This document shows positions 13,063 to 25,977 of a stretch of DNA of 64,000 nt, piece after piece (the stretch's first letter is position 1; every line of letters starts with the position of its first letter). Origin of the DNA: Negaprion brevirostris (taxonomy: Eukaryota); contig JARDVH010000150.1 of the NCBI GenBank assembly GCA_030324005.1, positions 22,115,413 through 22,179,412 on the forward strand. Direction: 5' to 3'. The notes beneath the pieces are model-generated. The model was given only the letters and a program-made list of their open reading frames with translations, had not been told where the DNA came from and searched no databases. The translations under genes and the position numbers were made by a program.

Positions 13063-13439
13063 TAATTGAGAAATTTCTAATGGGTTTCGCCATTACTCTG
13101 CACTGCAAGCAATCTTAATTGGTCAATATATATCTTAGGATTCCTACAGCTACACGCACTGTAAAATTGAATTCATCGGCAATCTTGTAAATTCAAGTTG
13201 AAGCCAAAATAGGGTTCATCAAAGTTATTTTGCAGGATAATGTTAGCCTAATCAGATCTTTGCATTGAACATACCCGATGGTCATAAGCCAGTCACTTGT
13301 TTTAATAAGGGATTAATACTTGAAGGAAATATTTGTTGTTTTGAGGGAATCTGTAATTGAAGGAATGTAAATTTGGTGAACAGGTTTTTATAAAATGAAA
13401 TAAAGCCTACAAGTACACTTACAGCTTTATTTTCTTTAA

Positions 13440-13574
13440 GGCTGGATTCTTAGACCTCACCCACAGTTGAGATTCTCTGGTCCCACTGCAGTGGACAGAG
13501 ATTTGGCTAAGTGCCAAATTTCCTATTCTCACTGGCAAATGTGGCAGGGTGTGAATAACTGGAGAATTCCGGCC
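13440..13574. mobile_element. Short MITE, PIF/Harbinger-like
   Basis: Imperfect TIRs GGCTGGATTCT / AGAATTCCGGCC, flanked by TAA and TTA (TWA-type target). Confidence 0.5.
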
Positions 13575-14377
13575 TTAGTCTCAACATGGCCCCTGAAGTT
13601 GGCATTGTGGGTGTAAGGGCAAATGACAGAGGTATGGGTTGGAACTGTTATCAAATGGGCCCTAAAGTACCATTAGATAGGTGGAGAGGTTTATGTTTGC
13701 ATGGAGAGTATAAAGGGCCACAAGAGCTAAAAAGATGTATACATTGACATTTAAGCCATGAGGACTATAAAGGGTGGGTAGGCAGCATGAGATGGCATGG
13801 TAGGCATGAGGACTGTTGGCAGATGAGGGGTGGAGAGCTTTTTCCTTTCCATATTTGATAAAAAAGTGCTAGTGCACTGAGTCAGACCATCTGTCAGGCC
13901 TATGTACCTAGCAACCTTCACATTTGTTTCAGTGTCACCCAGCCCAACTCTCAGAGACACCACCATGAGTAATGATAATTCCAACGTTGTGACTCAGTTC
14001 TCTCAACCCAGGAGCAAAAATTCATATAAATCATCCACAAGAAGCTGACATCTGGAAGCAAAAGGAACAGGAATAGGCATTGAATTAAACAAAAGCTTGG
14101 TGGACAACTGTTTCCTGGTGCATTCTCCATGGCAGTTTCAACTTGCCAAATATCTTTTTCTCATACTGTATATAAATTGCTGCTCCCTTTGAAATTTAGC
14201 ATTCTGTCCTGGTATGTGCAAGACAAAAACTTTGAATGCACATCTTTTCTTCAGCCATATTCAAGCTTTGTACGACCAAATGATTTTACTTCCTGGTTTG
14301 CTGTCCATGAGGATGCATCAATGCAAATGGTTGCTTACTTTGCTTTATGACATCACTGTTGCTAGATGACTGGAGAT

Positions 14378-15060
14378 AGAACATAGAACACTACAGCACA
14401 AACAGGCCCTTCGGCCCACAAGCTGCACCGATCATATCCCTACCTACCAGGCCTACCTATAACTTTCAATCCCATTAAATCCCATGTACTCATCCAGAAG
14501 TCTCTTAAAAGACCCCAACGAGTTCACCTCTACCACCACAGACGGCAGCCGATTCCACTCACTCACCACCCTGAGTGAAAAACTTACCCCGACATCTCTT
14601 CTGTACCTGTCCCCCCAGCACCTTAAACCTGTGTCCTCTCATGGCGACCATTTCAGCCCTGGGAAACAGCCTCCGAGAATCCACCCTATCTATACCTCTC
14701 AACATCTTATAAACCTCTATCAGGTCACCTCTCATCCTTCGTTTCTTCAGGGAGAAAAGACCAAGCTCCCTCNNNNNNNNNNNNNNNNNNNNNNNNNNNN
14801 NNNNNNNNNNNNNNNNNNNNNNNNNNNNNNNNNNNNNNNNNNNNNNNNNNNNNNNNNNNNNNNNNNNNNNNNNNNNNNNNNNNNNNNNNNNNNNNNNNNN
14901 NNNNNNNNNNNNNNNNNNNNNNNNNNNNNNNNNNNNNNNNNNNNNNNNNNNNNNNNNNNNNNNNNNNNNNNNNNNNNNNNTTCTTGACCACATCCTCCAC
15001 CTGCAAGGCCGATTTAAGAGTCCTATGGACCCGGACCCCAAGGTCCTTCTGCTCCTCTAC
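14378..15060 (-). mobile_element. Relatively young CR1 LINE 3' end with internal gap
   Basis: ELGLFSLKKRRMRGDLIEVYKMLRGIDRVD; AGAACATAGAACA tail; CpGs retained. Confidence 0.9.
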
Positions 15061-15199
15061 CTTGACACCAAATACAAATGGATGACAAGATGAGGGAAAT
15101 CCATACCAAAGATATTACTAGCTCCTTGTGGGTGACTTTCCGCAAGATCAACAAGTTACTTTTTTACTGATTACAAAGTCTTGGTCATTATATATATCA

Positions 15200-16280
15200 A
15201 TATCTTTGCACTGCATTTTATGGCATAACTTTGTTTCACCTTCTTCCCAACACCACTGTTAACCCTTGCTCTTATTTAAATATTTATAGAAACTCTTACT
15301 GTCCTTCTTCATATTTCTAACCATTTTTTTCCTAATACTCTAATTTTCTCTTCTTATTAATCCTTTTGTCATTCTTTGCTGTTCCTTATATTTTGTCCAA
15401 TTTTCTGGCATGTTACCTGGGGGTTGCACATTTACATGCCTGTTTTTTATGTTTGATACTATCTAACTTCTTTAGTTAACTTTCTCTCTGAAATGTACTG
15501 ATTTTGTATTTTCAGAAATATCACTTTAAATGTCTGCCACGGCCTCTCAATCTAATTTACTGGTTCACTTTAGTTAACTCTGCTTTATTGTCTTATAGTT
15601 GTCCTGATTTAAATTTAAAATAGTCGTCTTGGGCGCACCCTTCTCTCCGTCAAACTGAAGATAAAATTCAATCATATTATGATCACTGATGCCTAGGGAT
15701 GACTTCATTATGTGATTATCAATTAATCCTATCTCATTGCACAACACCAGGTCTAGTATAGTCTGCTCTCTGGTTAGCTCCATAATGTGCTGTTCCATGG
15801 AACTATCCCAAAAACATTCTATGAATTCTTCATCTATGCTACTTTTTCCCGTCTGAATTTTACAGTCTATTAGGTAGGTTCAAATTCCATGGTTTTTGAC
15901 AACTCCCACTACCTTTTCCTTGTCCTACCGTGTAGTTACAATTAGGAGGCCTGTACATCAGTACCACAAGGGACTTTGTATCTTCATCATTTCTCATCTC
16001 AACCCTTACCATTTCTACATCCTAGTTTCTTGGATTTAGGTCATCCCTCTCCAATTTGCTAAAACCATTATTAATTAACATAGCTACCCCTCTAGCTTCC
16101 TAGCTTCATGTCCTTCCTAAATGTACCCTTCCATATTCAGGTCCCAACCTACATTATCTTGTAGCCATGTCACTGTAATGGCTTTCAGATCATAATTATT
16201 TATTTCAATTTGAGCTAACAGTTCATCTGTTTTGTTTCAAATGCCAAATGAATTCAGATACAGAGACTTAAATTATGTCC
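15200..16280 (-). mobile_element. Old CR1 LINE fragment (endonuclease region)
   Basis: TREQTILDLVLCNE...LGISDHNMIEF (APE endonuclease LD..SDH motifs). Confidence 0.8.
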
Positions 16281-19200
16281 TTCTATTATTTTTGTAATGT
16301 CTAGCTATATCTTGTCACCCCTTACCCTCAAGGCACTAAAAAGCAAGACTTACATGATAGAAAAGGGAAATTAGACAAGAACAGTGGAAAATCCTCCGAC
16401 TTGAACTAAATGTCTGAAGAACTGTATTTTAACTTGTATCAATTCAGCATTAACATTCGCCATAGAAGGGAGAAGGTTATTTATTTATCTTATTGCTGTT
16501 TGTGAAACTTTGCTATGGGCAAGTTGAATTTAGCATTTTTTTGTACTATAATAGCGACTACACTTAAAGAAATTCATTTACTGTAAAGCATTTTGGCATA
16601 TCATGAGATCATGTAAGCTGCTTCATCGATACAAGTTATTTCATCTCTTATTACAATAAATCTAAGATTCTACAGTTAAATATTTGCTTGCTTTCAAGTA
16701 TTAAAATTTGGAAGAAAATGATTCTTACGGACTTTATCTGGAATTATAACAGAAGAAGCATGGAGATAAGCATTTAGGCATGCTAGGAAATACCATAAAC
16801 ATTTGAAAATAACATTAACCTTGACACATTAGGCACATTTTTTCCTTTTGCAAATACAAGTAATCTCTAATAGACACAAAAAAAGGCAAAATGCATTTAT
16901 GGCAATCAAATGTTTTGAGAGAGGAGAAAAGGAAAATCAGTCACTTGGATCACCAACTGGAAAATTCAGAAAAATGTACATGATTAAATGGAATCTATTA
17001 AGTAAAACATTAGAAGAGACAACTGCATTTTAAGGGCTACCGAATGGAAGATTATCCTCTGTCTCTCAACACTCTGCCTTGCAACACACAGGAGAGTTCC
17101 AAGCAATGCTTATTATTATTATTATTTGTGCCTGGAAGGAATTCCAGAATAAAATGGCAATTTCTTTTGACCAGCATTTTATACCATAGTATTATGACTT
17201 GGCAGGCACAATAATTGGTAGATTCATAAACATTATAATAATGTAATTGCATTACAAGCCAAGGACAGATGTAAAAACTAATAAATTATAAAGCATGTCA
17301 AGTGTGACAGTCCCTTTCACTTAAAGCTTGAAAACAATGCAAATGATTATAGAGTGTACAACTAAACTACTACTAATGATCTTTTCAACACACTATTTCC
17401 CAATTTAACTTCCTACTCACAATTTGTCTTTGCATTATTTTCATCAGCCAAGGCAGGGGTGAGGAGGCAGAAAGCCATGTTACAAATATCTGTAGGGATT
17501 TCAAAACCTTCTTCGTAATTAATGAAAAGTATGAAGCAATACAAGTTGTCTTGGGTCAGAGTTTCCTTTTCAAATGGTCTATGGTTGGGTGGAAATTACC
17601 ATTCCACCAACAAGAAAATCTGCACTGACAACCATATATGAGGTGTGATGATTTATGATCGAGAAATTATGAATGCAGTAGTTAAGTCACTAGGCTAATT
17701 ATGTCACAACTAATCTAAATTCAAAGTGCCCTCAGTTCAGTGAAATACATATATTGAACATCTCATCATCCATAACATCTCAGCATCTGTAACCATTCAT
17801 TTGGATCAGTTGTAAATAATGAGCAACAATTACTTGTCCTTCTATTTGAGGTTATTTTAAACCTACAAAATGTATGAAAGGCGAGTTATGTCATTTTGCT
17901 ACAAACACGAGAACTAAGGGCATGAGTAGTCCATTTGGACCCTCAAGCCTGCTCCATCATTCAATAAGATCATGGTTCATCTGATGTGGTCTTACCTTTT
18001 CTTTCTTGCCTCCCCCACACAATCTCCAATAACCTTCAATTACCCTACTGATCAAAAATCTAACTCTGTATTCCAAAAGCTAATGATCATCTGAGAAAAG
18101 AAATATCTCAGCACCTCAGTTTTAAATAGGAAACCCTTAAATATAAACTGTACCCCTTAGCTCTAGATTGCTCCATGAAAGAGGTGGTTTTATTAGGCTT
18201 GATAAAAGCAAGGAAGCAGAAAATCAATCAATATCTCTGATGACAGAACAACTGACAGAGAAAAATTCAGAAGCAGCAAGATTTTATTCTGCACAACATT
18301 CACAGGTACAAGAGAAACCTGCTTCCTTTCACTGAGGCTGTAAAGACCAAGGAACATAGATATAATGTTTTAGGCAAGTCATGCCAGGAGGAATATATGG
18401 AACAGCCTTTTTTTTAAAAACGGAGAGGTGGCAATGACCTGAAACTAACTGTCCACAAGGCTGATGGAAGCAGGATCACAATGATTTCAAAAAGGAAATT
18501 GGATGGACACTTGAAGGACAAATACTAGCAGGGCTATGGGGATAGAGCAAAGGAAAAGGCCTTAGCTCATTATTCCACAGAGAGCTGGCATGGATTCGAT
18601 GGGCTGAATGACCTCTGTAAATGAATGTGACATTAAGCCTATCCCTACCTCAGCAACTCCTCCTACTTGGTTCCTCTAATTATGTTATTTCCAACACAGC
18701 TTAACGAAACACTAGCAAATTTCCACTGGCAATGCCACAATTTGTTAATGAATATAAATTTATGGATATGCGATAATTGTTCACAGAATGGAAACTTAAG
18801 AGATCCACTCCGCAGATCCATCTAGTGTCCTGAGGCTGTAACTATATTGTGACAGTTGTCACAGAAATTGAATGGAAGATAAACACAATTTCTAAAAGTA
18901 AATATTGCCACAAAAAAAAAATGACCAAATGTTGTGACAATACGAAGTTTGTGAACAGGAAATGCATACCCCATTGAAGATTTTAAATATAAAATCACAT
19001 ACAAAAAATCTAAACATAAACTTTTATGTATTTTTAAAAATTCATCACAACCCCTTGATTTTTGAAAAAATGTTGACGGGAAGTTACAATTTAAGGATAA
19101 TAAGGGCTATAATAATCTTGACCTTTCCAAATGTCATTATATAAGATTCAAAAGAACTAAGTACAAATTTCATACATTTTCATAGAGTGAATATAGGGTA

Positions 19201-19849
19201 TTCTCTTTCAATCACAAATATTAGTGTACTTGTAAAATTTGCCATTTTTTGACAGAACAATCTCTGGTCTAGTTTTTTTGATTTTATTCAATCCCCAATG
19301 GATAGTTGCAATGTTTTAAGATTCTTACAACACATCGGAAAATGAAAACGAATCTAAAATCTGGTGAAGATCAGTTGCCAAAGGTGCATGTAAATTACAA
19401 ATATACCATCAGTCAGAGAATAGATGCTTACAATTTTATGTAAAGGAGAGTACATATCTTTAATATCATGGTCATTGGTAATATGTACCATATATAACAA
19501 AATTCTACCCAATGCAGACCTAAAGATAAATCATATGTATTTTTGTGCAGAATTTTCCAAGTCAAAACACAATGGCATCCCACACATCAACATTCCATAC
19601 ATGAGGGATGACAAAAAAATGTCAACAATTCTCAGACATTCCCTTCCACCTAAGGGCTCACTAGATAAATATTGATGAAACATGGAAATCTCTGCAGTCA
19701 AAGTTGCAGTTACCCTGTTTCAGAAAAGGGCCAGGAACAATGATTGGTTCAAGGTCTACCTTATACAAATGTCCCCTGTCGTCAAAGCAAAGAATGCAGC
19801 TCACCTATCTTAAAACTTGTCTCCTAACCCTAAAGCATGTGACAATCTC

Positions 19850-21560
19850 CAGCTAGTCAACACAGCAGAAGACAGCAAGATACTGTGCCAACGAGCAGTG
19901 GAGCAATCTGAGTGGAGAAACACAAACTGTTAGTGACAATGATAACCTTTGCACTATGAATGATGGTGACAAAAGAAAACACAGTCCCAAAGTTATTATT
20001 TTGGAATCACAGATGGGGAAATAGTCACTGACAAGAACAAGCAAATGGCCCACTGGATTGAGCACTACTCAGAGTTGAATACCTCACTGCCTGTGCTTTA
20101 TGGTCTTCTGCAGCAATTTGTCATGCATTAGTCTGATGCAGAACCCTCATAACATGAGCTTGAAAAAGCTATTGACTCCATAACAGCAGGGAAAGTGCAG
20201 GATACCTACTGAGCTACTCAAGCATGAAAAATCCCATCTGCTGCCATTCCAGCAGATGAGGTGTTGTAGGTGAGAAGGTTCTGTGCCTTAGGATATGCGC
20301 GACACAAACATCACCTCATACAAGAGCAAGAGATTGAGGGGATTGAAACAGCTCCTGGGGCATCTCACTCCCCAGATGTCATTCTTATGAGGATCCATTG
20401 ACTAGCCAATAGAATATACCCCAAGGCAAGACATAACTTCAAATGGTAGGTGTGATCTTCTTCCTACATGAAATTTAAGAGAATTGCAGACAACAGCAAA
20501 CACCATCTAGATTGCTTTTGTCAATCTCATTTTCCCAGACAAAAGATCAAGCTCCAAAGATTCATGGATCTTATGTCCAAAGACTGAATCATATCCTCCC
20601 TCACCAGTGTCAAGAAAATGTAGTAATGAGGCAGCGTTATTTCTGCCTGTGATCAACCTCAACAGCACACCATTGGAAGCAATCAGAAAGTCCTAATATC
20701 TTGGATCCACAGTCTCTTGACAAAGACCGATTCTCAAGCAATGGAAAAAACACCCACCAACTTTGGTCAACTAACAAAATAGGCATAGAAAACCTACAAA
20801 CTGACCTGCAGGACTGAGATGTTTACCTATAAGGTCCATATCCCCAAAACGGCAGTGAAGCCTGAATACCTTACACCTATCAAGAAAAAAGGCTCAATAA
20901 CTTCCAACTCTGGGGTCTACGACAACCTCAGCATCACATGAAAAGACAAAATCACCAATGAAGCAGTCATTTCTAGGCCAGAAATTCCAAGCATGCTTGC
21001 ACCAATCAAGCAAAGCAGATTTTGCTGGCTTGGCCAAGTGCACAGAATAAAAGAGTCATAAGGGCTCAAAACGTTAGCTCTGTTTTTCTCTCCACAGAAA
21101 CCGCCAGATTTGCTGAAGTTTTTAGGCATTTTCTGTTTTTATTTCAAAGTTCCAGCATCTGCAGTATTTTGCTTTTACTTATGCACATAATAGAAGATGG
21201 TTACATCCCCAAGTATACACCAAGGATGCTGTTCAAAAAGAAATGAAGTGCCCCACGCCACCCCCGCAACATCAATCACAACAAGCAATAAACTATAGCT
21301 GATGATCAGTGCCTATGGCAACATCAACTGTGGACAGGAATTCACCACCACCACGATATGTGGTTTCAGAAGCTCCAAAATAGACAGCAACCCTGCAAAC
21401 AAGGCATCAGAAAAGGTCATCTCACACCACCAGCAAGGGACAACTTCATTTGTGGCACTTATGGCAGACCTTACCTTTCCACAATATAGCCAATAAAAGA
21501 AATGCACATCACCAAAGTTCTTAAGTTGCATTCACATCATCTCTCGCATATAGGAGGATG
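19850..21560 (+). mobile_element. Decayed RTE-clade LINE ORF2
   Basis: Frameshifted motifs WIEHYSEL, DTNITSYK, YLGS, KDKITNEAVISRPEIPSMLAPIKQSRFCWLGQVHR..EDGYIPK typical of the RTE RT C-terminus. Confidence 0.7.
21055..21181 (+). mobile_element. Short retroposed repeat inserted in the RTE copy with a ~16-bp target-site duplication
   Basis: TGCACAGAATAAAAGA (21039-21054) and TGCACATAATAGAAGA (21182-21197) flank it; related copies near 6950-7050 and 61120-61222. Confidence 0.7.
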
Positions 21561-24500
21561 CCAATTATTAACATTCCAATGCAAACTTAAATGCTTTTTA
21601 AATAACAGATAGGTTTGTCAATTGATTGAACTTCTGAACAGATAATCACAATATTCATCCGGTCAGTAATGGTTTCCACAGATTGTGGCCACATTACAAT
21701 TTTTTATTTTTAAACTTGAAACCAAATTCTGCACAAAAGAAATTAAATGTAACAGTTTAAATATACAATACCTACCACCCAAAAGTAACTAAATTACAAA
21801 TTAGTATTGCAATAACTGTCAACAATCCAGAGTTACAAAAAATTGGCTGCATATTATAAGCAATGCTACATTTATTGATGCGCAAAACCAAGAAAAGCTA
21901 CAGCATTTAGTGGAAATTCACTGATGATGAAGGTCTAACCTAAGATTGAGAAATCATGCTAATTAAAACATATTGCTTATTGAAATATATGGCAACAACT
22001 GTCTTTCCTGTTTCTGGTCGTCATATTATTTACATCTAAATGGCAGCAAAAGGAAAAAAATTATTAAAACTGATGCCATTTTTAATTAAAAACTGTGACT
22101 TTTATACCTAGTTTTCATATCAATGGAAGTTAAATTACTTATGCAGAGCATCGTAATAGTGTCAAATATTTACAAGGAAATAGCCCAGAATTTGTGATTG
22201 TAATAATAGAAAAATTTTCAACATTATCAATATTACAATAAAAAACTGACAGCAACTTCTAGTGTCCACACATGAGAAATTAAAGGTGGAAATCTGGTTA
22301 TTTCTGTCAACTATACCCTGCTCCTCCACAGGGTGCACAGTTGCAGTCTTTGCAGCTGCAATCAATCAACACAGAATCACTGACTTGACATGAAATGTAA
22401 CTTTTTATGCACAATTTTCACTGTAAGAACCAAGGAAAATGTTAATCCTTGCTCAGTCATGAGTAACTGAGTTCTTATACTGTTACACTTTCCAATGAAC
22501 AACCTCTCTAGCCACAAAAAGTTAATTTAACATGGAGACTGATGCATTTGAAAAGCACAGTTAATAATGGTTGATTTCTAAAACAAAGTTTTTGAATTTT
22601 TAAGTTAATGATATTTCTGCTTCTCCTTTAATCCCATGTCTGTGTCCCAAACTTTATTTCAATTTTTATAAAATGATTAGATGGGAATTATATTGTCTGC
22701 ATTTTACTCTCTGCTTTACTATGATAATTATTAACCTGATAGGCTTATTAGCTTGCCTTCTGCCTGTCCTTATGCAGGATACCACATACCATCCATAAAA
22801 TTCAACATAGCATTAGAATAGATGAAATCTATGCTTTAGAGACAACACCTCCATCTCCAGCCCTGGGGTCAGTAGGGAGTGCCTTTCTTTCTCCATTGAC
22901 TGTAAAATCTGAATCATTAATATTACATGGACATTAAAGTAAGTATGAAGCATATATTTAATGCTATTTGCAGTAATGTTTTAATAGCACTACCGTAGAT
23001 ACTTAAAAAGAGCTCAAAGACATTTTACAATGGGATTACATACATCTTGGCGAAGCCTAACATAGTTCAAATACAAGAAGCCCGTTCCACTGAATGACTT
23101 TAACCAAATTACCAGTTGTCTTTTACAGAAAATATTTCTTAGAATCTGCAGTGTTGTGAAATTATAACGTTATTCCAGGATAGAAGCAATACATAGGATT
23201 TGTCCTCAGCTATTTGTCTGTAAAGTATATCATAAATTTAACATCCAGCGCACTCCCAGACACTAAAGCACGATTTTTCCTTTTGCTATATTTACTAACC
23301 CCATTAATTCTGTGGAATTTCTACAACAATATTTTGGCTAGATTGTGCATTTTACAACAAATTCATGAATTGCAATTGTTATATCTGAACCTATGTATGT
23401 GCAACAATTTGCTTGCAATGAAGATGAACAGAAATTAAAGTTATTTTATACAAACCTGGACAAAAAGAACTTGATTGTTTTGCATATTGCACACCACAGA
23501 TTTCAGAAGGATATTTTGCAAGTAAACCTGAAATTTTGTTTGGAAAGCTTCACTGCTATTTTGAATACAGTGACAATTAAGTTATATCACACAATAAAAT
23601 TAAATTAATATCATGTAGCCAACTCTGAATACAGCAAAATCCCACCATGAGATACAGGATCAAAATAGTTTTCAAAAAATATTTTCCAATCATTACAAAA
23701 TCCAATATTCAGATATTAATTTCCAAACTCACTAAGACCTGAACATTCCTGTAACTCAGCTAATTTAAGCAACAGTGGTGATGTTACTGAAATGTACCTT
23801 CAATGAAAATGGAATTACAAACCTAACTTGATCTACTTGTCAGTTTTACTCACCAACCCTTGCTAGCTAAAAAATCAATAACCCCTACCAAAATAAAATC
23901 TGCTAACTCATTTAAAAAATAGAGTTAGACATCCTATCTGTGATTAGGAAGTGGTCCAAATGACTCAGATAAGGAAATTGCATTCACACAATTAAATAAG
24001 ATGAAAGCAATAACAATATCTTAATTTATGCAGTTTAATCGCAGCATTACTTCATAAAAGTTACCAAGTAGATGAGAAGGTCATATGCAATTCCAGTGCT
24101 GTAATTCCCAAATCTAGACTATTTCAACAAATTTAATCACTGTATAATCTTTACCGTTGTGAATACAAATTTGTGATTAATTCGCTAATGACCAGCTCAA
24201 ATTATAATTCACTAGTTTCAATACTTTGTTCAGAAAAGCACTACCCGGGTCAAGCTCTGTATTTTTGAATAAAATTACCATATAAAATATTAATTTAATT
24301 CATATATTTTATATTTTCAGGGGAGCAGAAAAATTACACCCAGTTCTTAATGGCACAACAGTATAAAGTGTTAATATATTTTACTATTAAAGTCAAGATA
24401 GTTGGACTGCTACCAGATTTATTGCCAAATGTACAGTTAGAAGTCCAATAAATCCCAAGTTATTAAAATATTCTCCCAACATTTGTTTCATTTTATGTTT

Positions 24501-24690
24501 AAAAAACGCCTCTGCCTAGCCTCGAGCGATTGTCCATAATTGATGTGTATATGAAAAATGGAGATTACTCTTTTTTAAAAAATCATCAATGCTAAGATTG
24601 CAGTCGCCTGCGGAGAGAAGTGCTGTATAAGAAAACGAGGAGCGTACATGTGCTTCGAAACGGACCATTTGCTGGTTGCTTTTGGGTGCG

Positions 24691-24711
24691 GGAGCTGTCC
24701 ATGGTACTGAG
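24691..24711 (-). promoter_or_regulatory. RE1/NRSE (REST binding site) in UNC13A intron 1
   Basis: Minus strand CTCAGTACCATGGACAGCTCC versus consensus TTCAGCACCACGGACAGCGCC (17/21, canonical spacing, GGACAG core intact); CpG-rich context ~1 kb from exon 1. Confidence 0.8.
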
Positions 24712-25533
24712 ATGGGCTGCAGCAAGATGCCATGATATCTCTACTTAACTCGTTTTCCATCTCTCTGAGCACTGCGTGCAAAAGATATTTTAAAATCCAC
24801 ATAGTCGTATCAGCCACCTTTTCAAGAAAGAAAATGTTCGAACTGTCTAGCTATCTATCATGAAATGCAAAAGGAACGGTCTAAAAAGTACATCCGACAG
24901 AAACATGCATTAAAGAATACAAGGTACGAAAAGCTTGCGAGGCACATTTTGTCTTTGGTTTAATTTCTGAATCTATTTAGCGTTTATTTCACAAATGTTG
25001 CTCCAATTAGCTCAGATGGTCGAATCGTTCCAGAACAATCAACATTTTATTTAAGTGGAAGGGGAGTGTGACAGTAACTTCGGCAGCCCATATTCTGACA
25101 TTGGATTACATTTTAATTTGGAAAAATGGGGAAGGGAGGGGAGGGGGGCAGGCTAAAATGTATTTTTATTCATCTGAAACATCCACAACCGATGGACTGC
25201 AGCGGATTCATTCATAAATGATAGTGGCACAAGGGTGTTACTAAATTCACGGACCGCACAAGGCAGGACGTCCAGCCTGTCCCAGATGTAAAAATAAGCG
25301 ACGTGCCACCTACATTTTCTTTTAATTGCCAAGCTGAGTATTATTTCGGGTGCACATAACGAGGCCTGACTTGGTTCATAGTTTGTTTTATAGCGACCCA
25401 GATAAACGCTTCTCCCTCCCCGAAAAGAAACTAAATAAATTACCCCCCAGGACAAGTCGACCCCCTCACTCCGTCTGCCAGGTGAAAGCAAGTGGACCAA
25501 ATGATAATTTTGCTGAAATTTTTCTCAATGAAT

Positions 25534-25557
25534 TGTGTGTGTGTGTGTGTGTGTGTG
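25534..25557. repeat. (TG)12 microsatellite; reads (CA)12 on the UNC13A pre-mRNA
   Basis: Direct reading. Confidence 0.95.
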
Positions 25558-25678
25558 ATCCTGCTGAAGTCTATAGAGGCCGCTGATATCCATTCATTCA
25601 TTCATTGATAAGCGATTGCAGTGCACTGGAGGCACTGAGTGACAGGCGGGCGGGCAGTGGGGGAGAAGCGCCTCTTAC

Positions 25679-25700
25679 CTCCAACACAAAGGAGAGACAT
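25679..25700 (-). CDS. UNC13A: Protein unc-13 homolog A (Munc13-1), first coding exon
   Basis: ggaaccATG TCT CTC CTT TGT GTT GGA G|gtaaga = MSLLCVG(V), the Munc13-1 N-terminus (UNC13B has MSLLCVR); 22-nt coding exon, good Kozak context and donor, CpG-rich promoter context. Confidence 0.88.
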
Positions 25701-25975
25701 GGTTCCTCTGCTCGGCTGCACTCCGCTGGCTCTCCCGCTCCTCCACACACTTGTCTCCCTGTCCTTTCCTGCGGCAGTTTTAGATCTTGTGGTTGTCTGT
25801 GAGTTGGGTGCTGCCAATCTCTGTGTGTGTGTAAGTGTGTACATACACAGCACTGTCTCTGTCTCGCGCGCTGACGGTTACTCTCCAGCCGCCATCTTGT
25901 TGGGAGCAGCCCCTAGACCGGCTGACGTCACAATGAGGCGGCGCGAGAGTGGAATTGGCGGGATGACAGCAGCAG
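25701..25975 (-). promoter_or_regulatory. UNC13A: UNC13A 5' UTR and proximal promoter: YY1-type CAAGATGGCGGC (25888-25899), palindromic CRE TGACGTCA (25923-25930), half-CRE TGACG (25872-25876)
   Basis: Exact motif matches in a GC/CpG-rich segment directly upstream of the ATG; TSS position not determinable. Confidence 0.7.
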
Positions 25976-25977
25976 CT

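Noticed and set aside
19805-19830. Microexon-like ag|...|gtgagc on the minus strand
   Set aside because: The translation does not resemble Munc13 exon 2 and the length does not keep the frame; it lies beside an RTE relic.
1-25678. UNC13A exon 2 (expected ~30 nt, VKKAK.DG.QE)
   Set aside because: A scan by eye found no matching exon. It probably lies left of the window, though a miss cannot be excluded.
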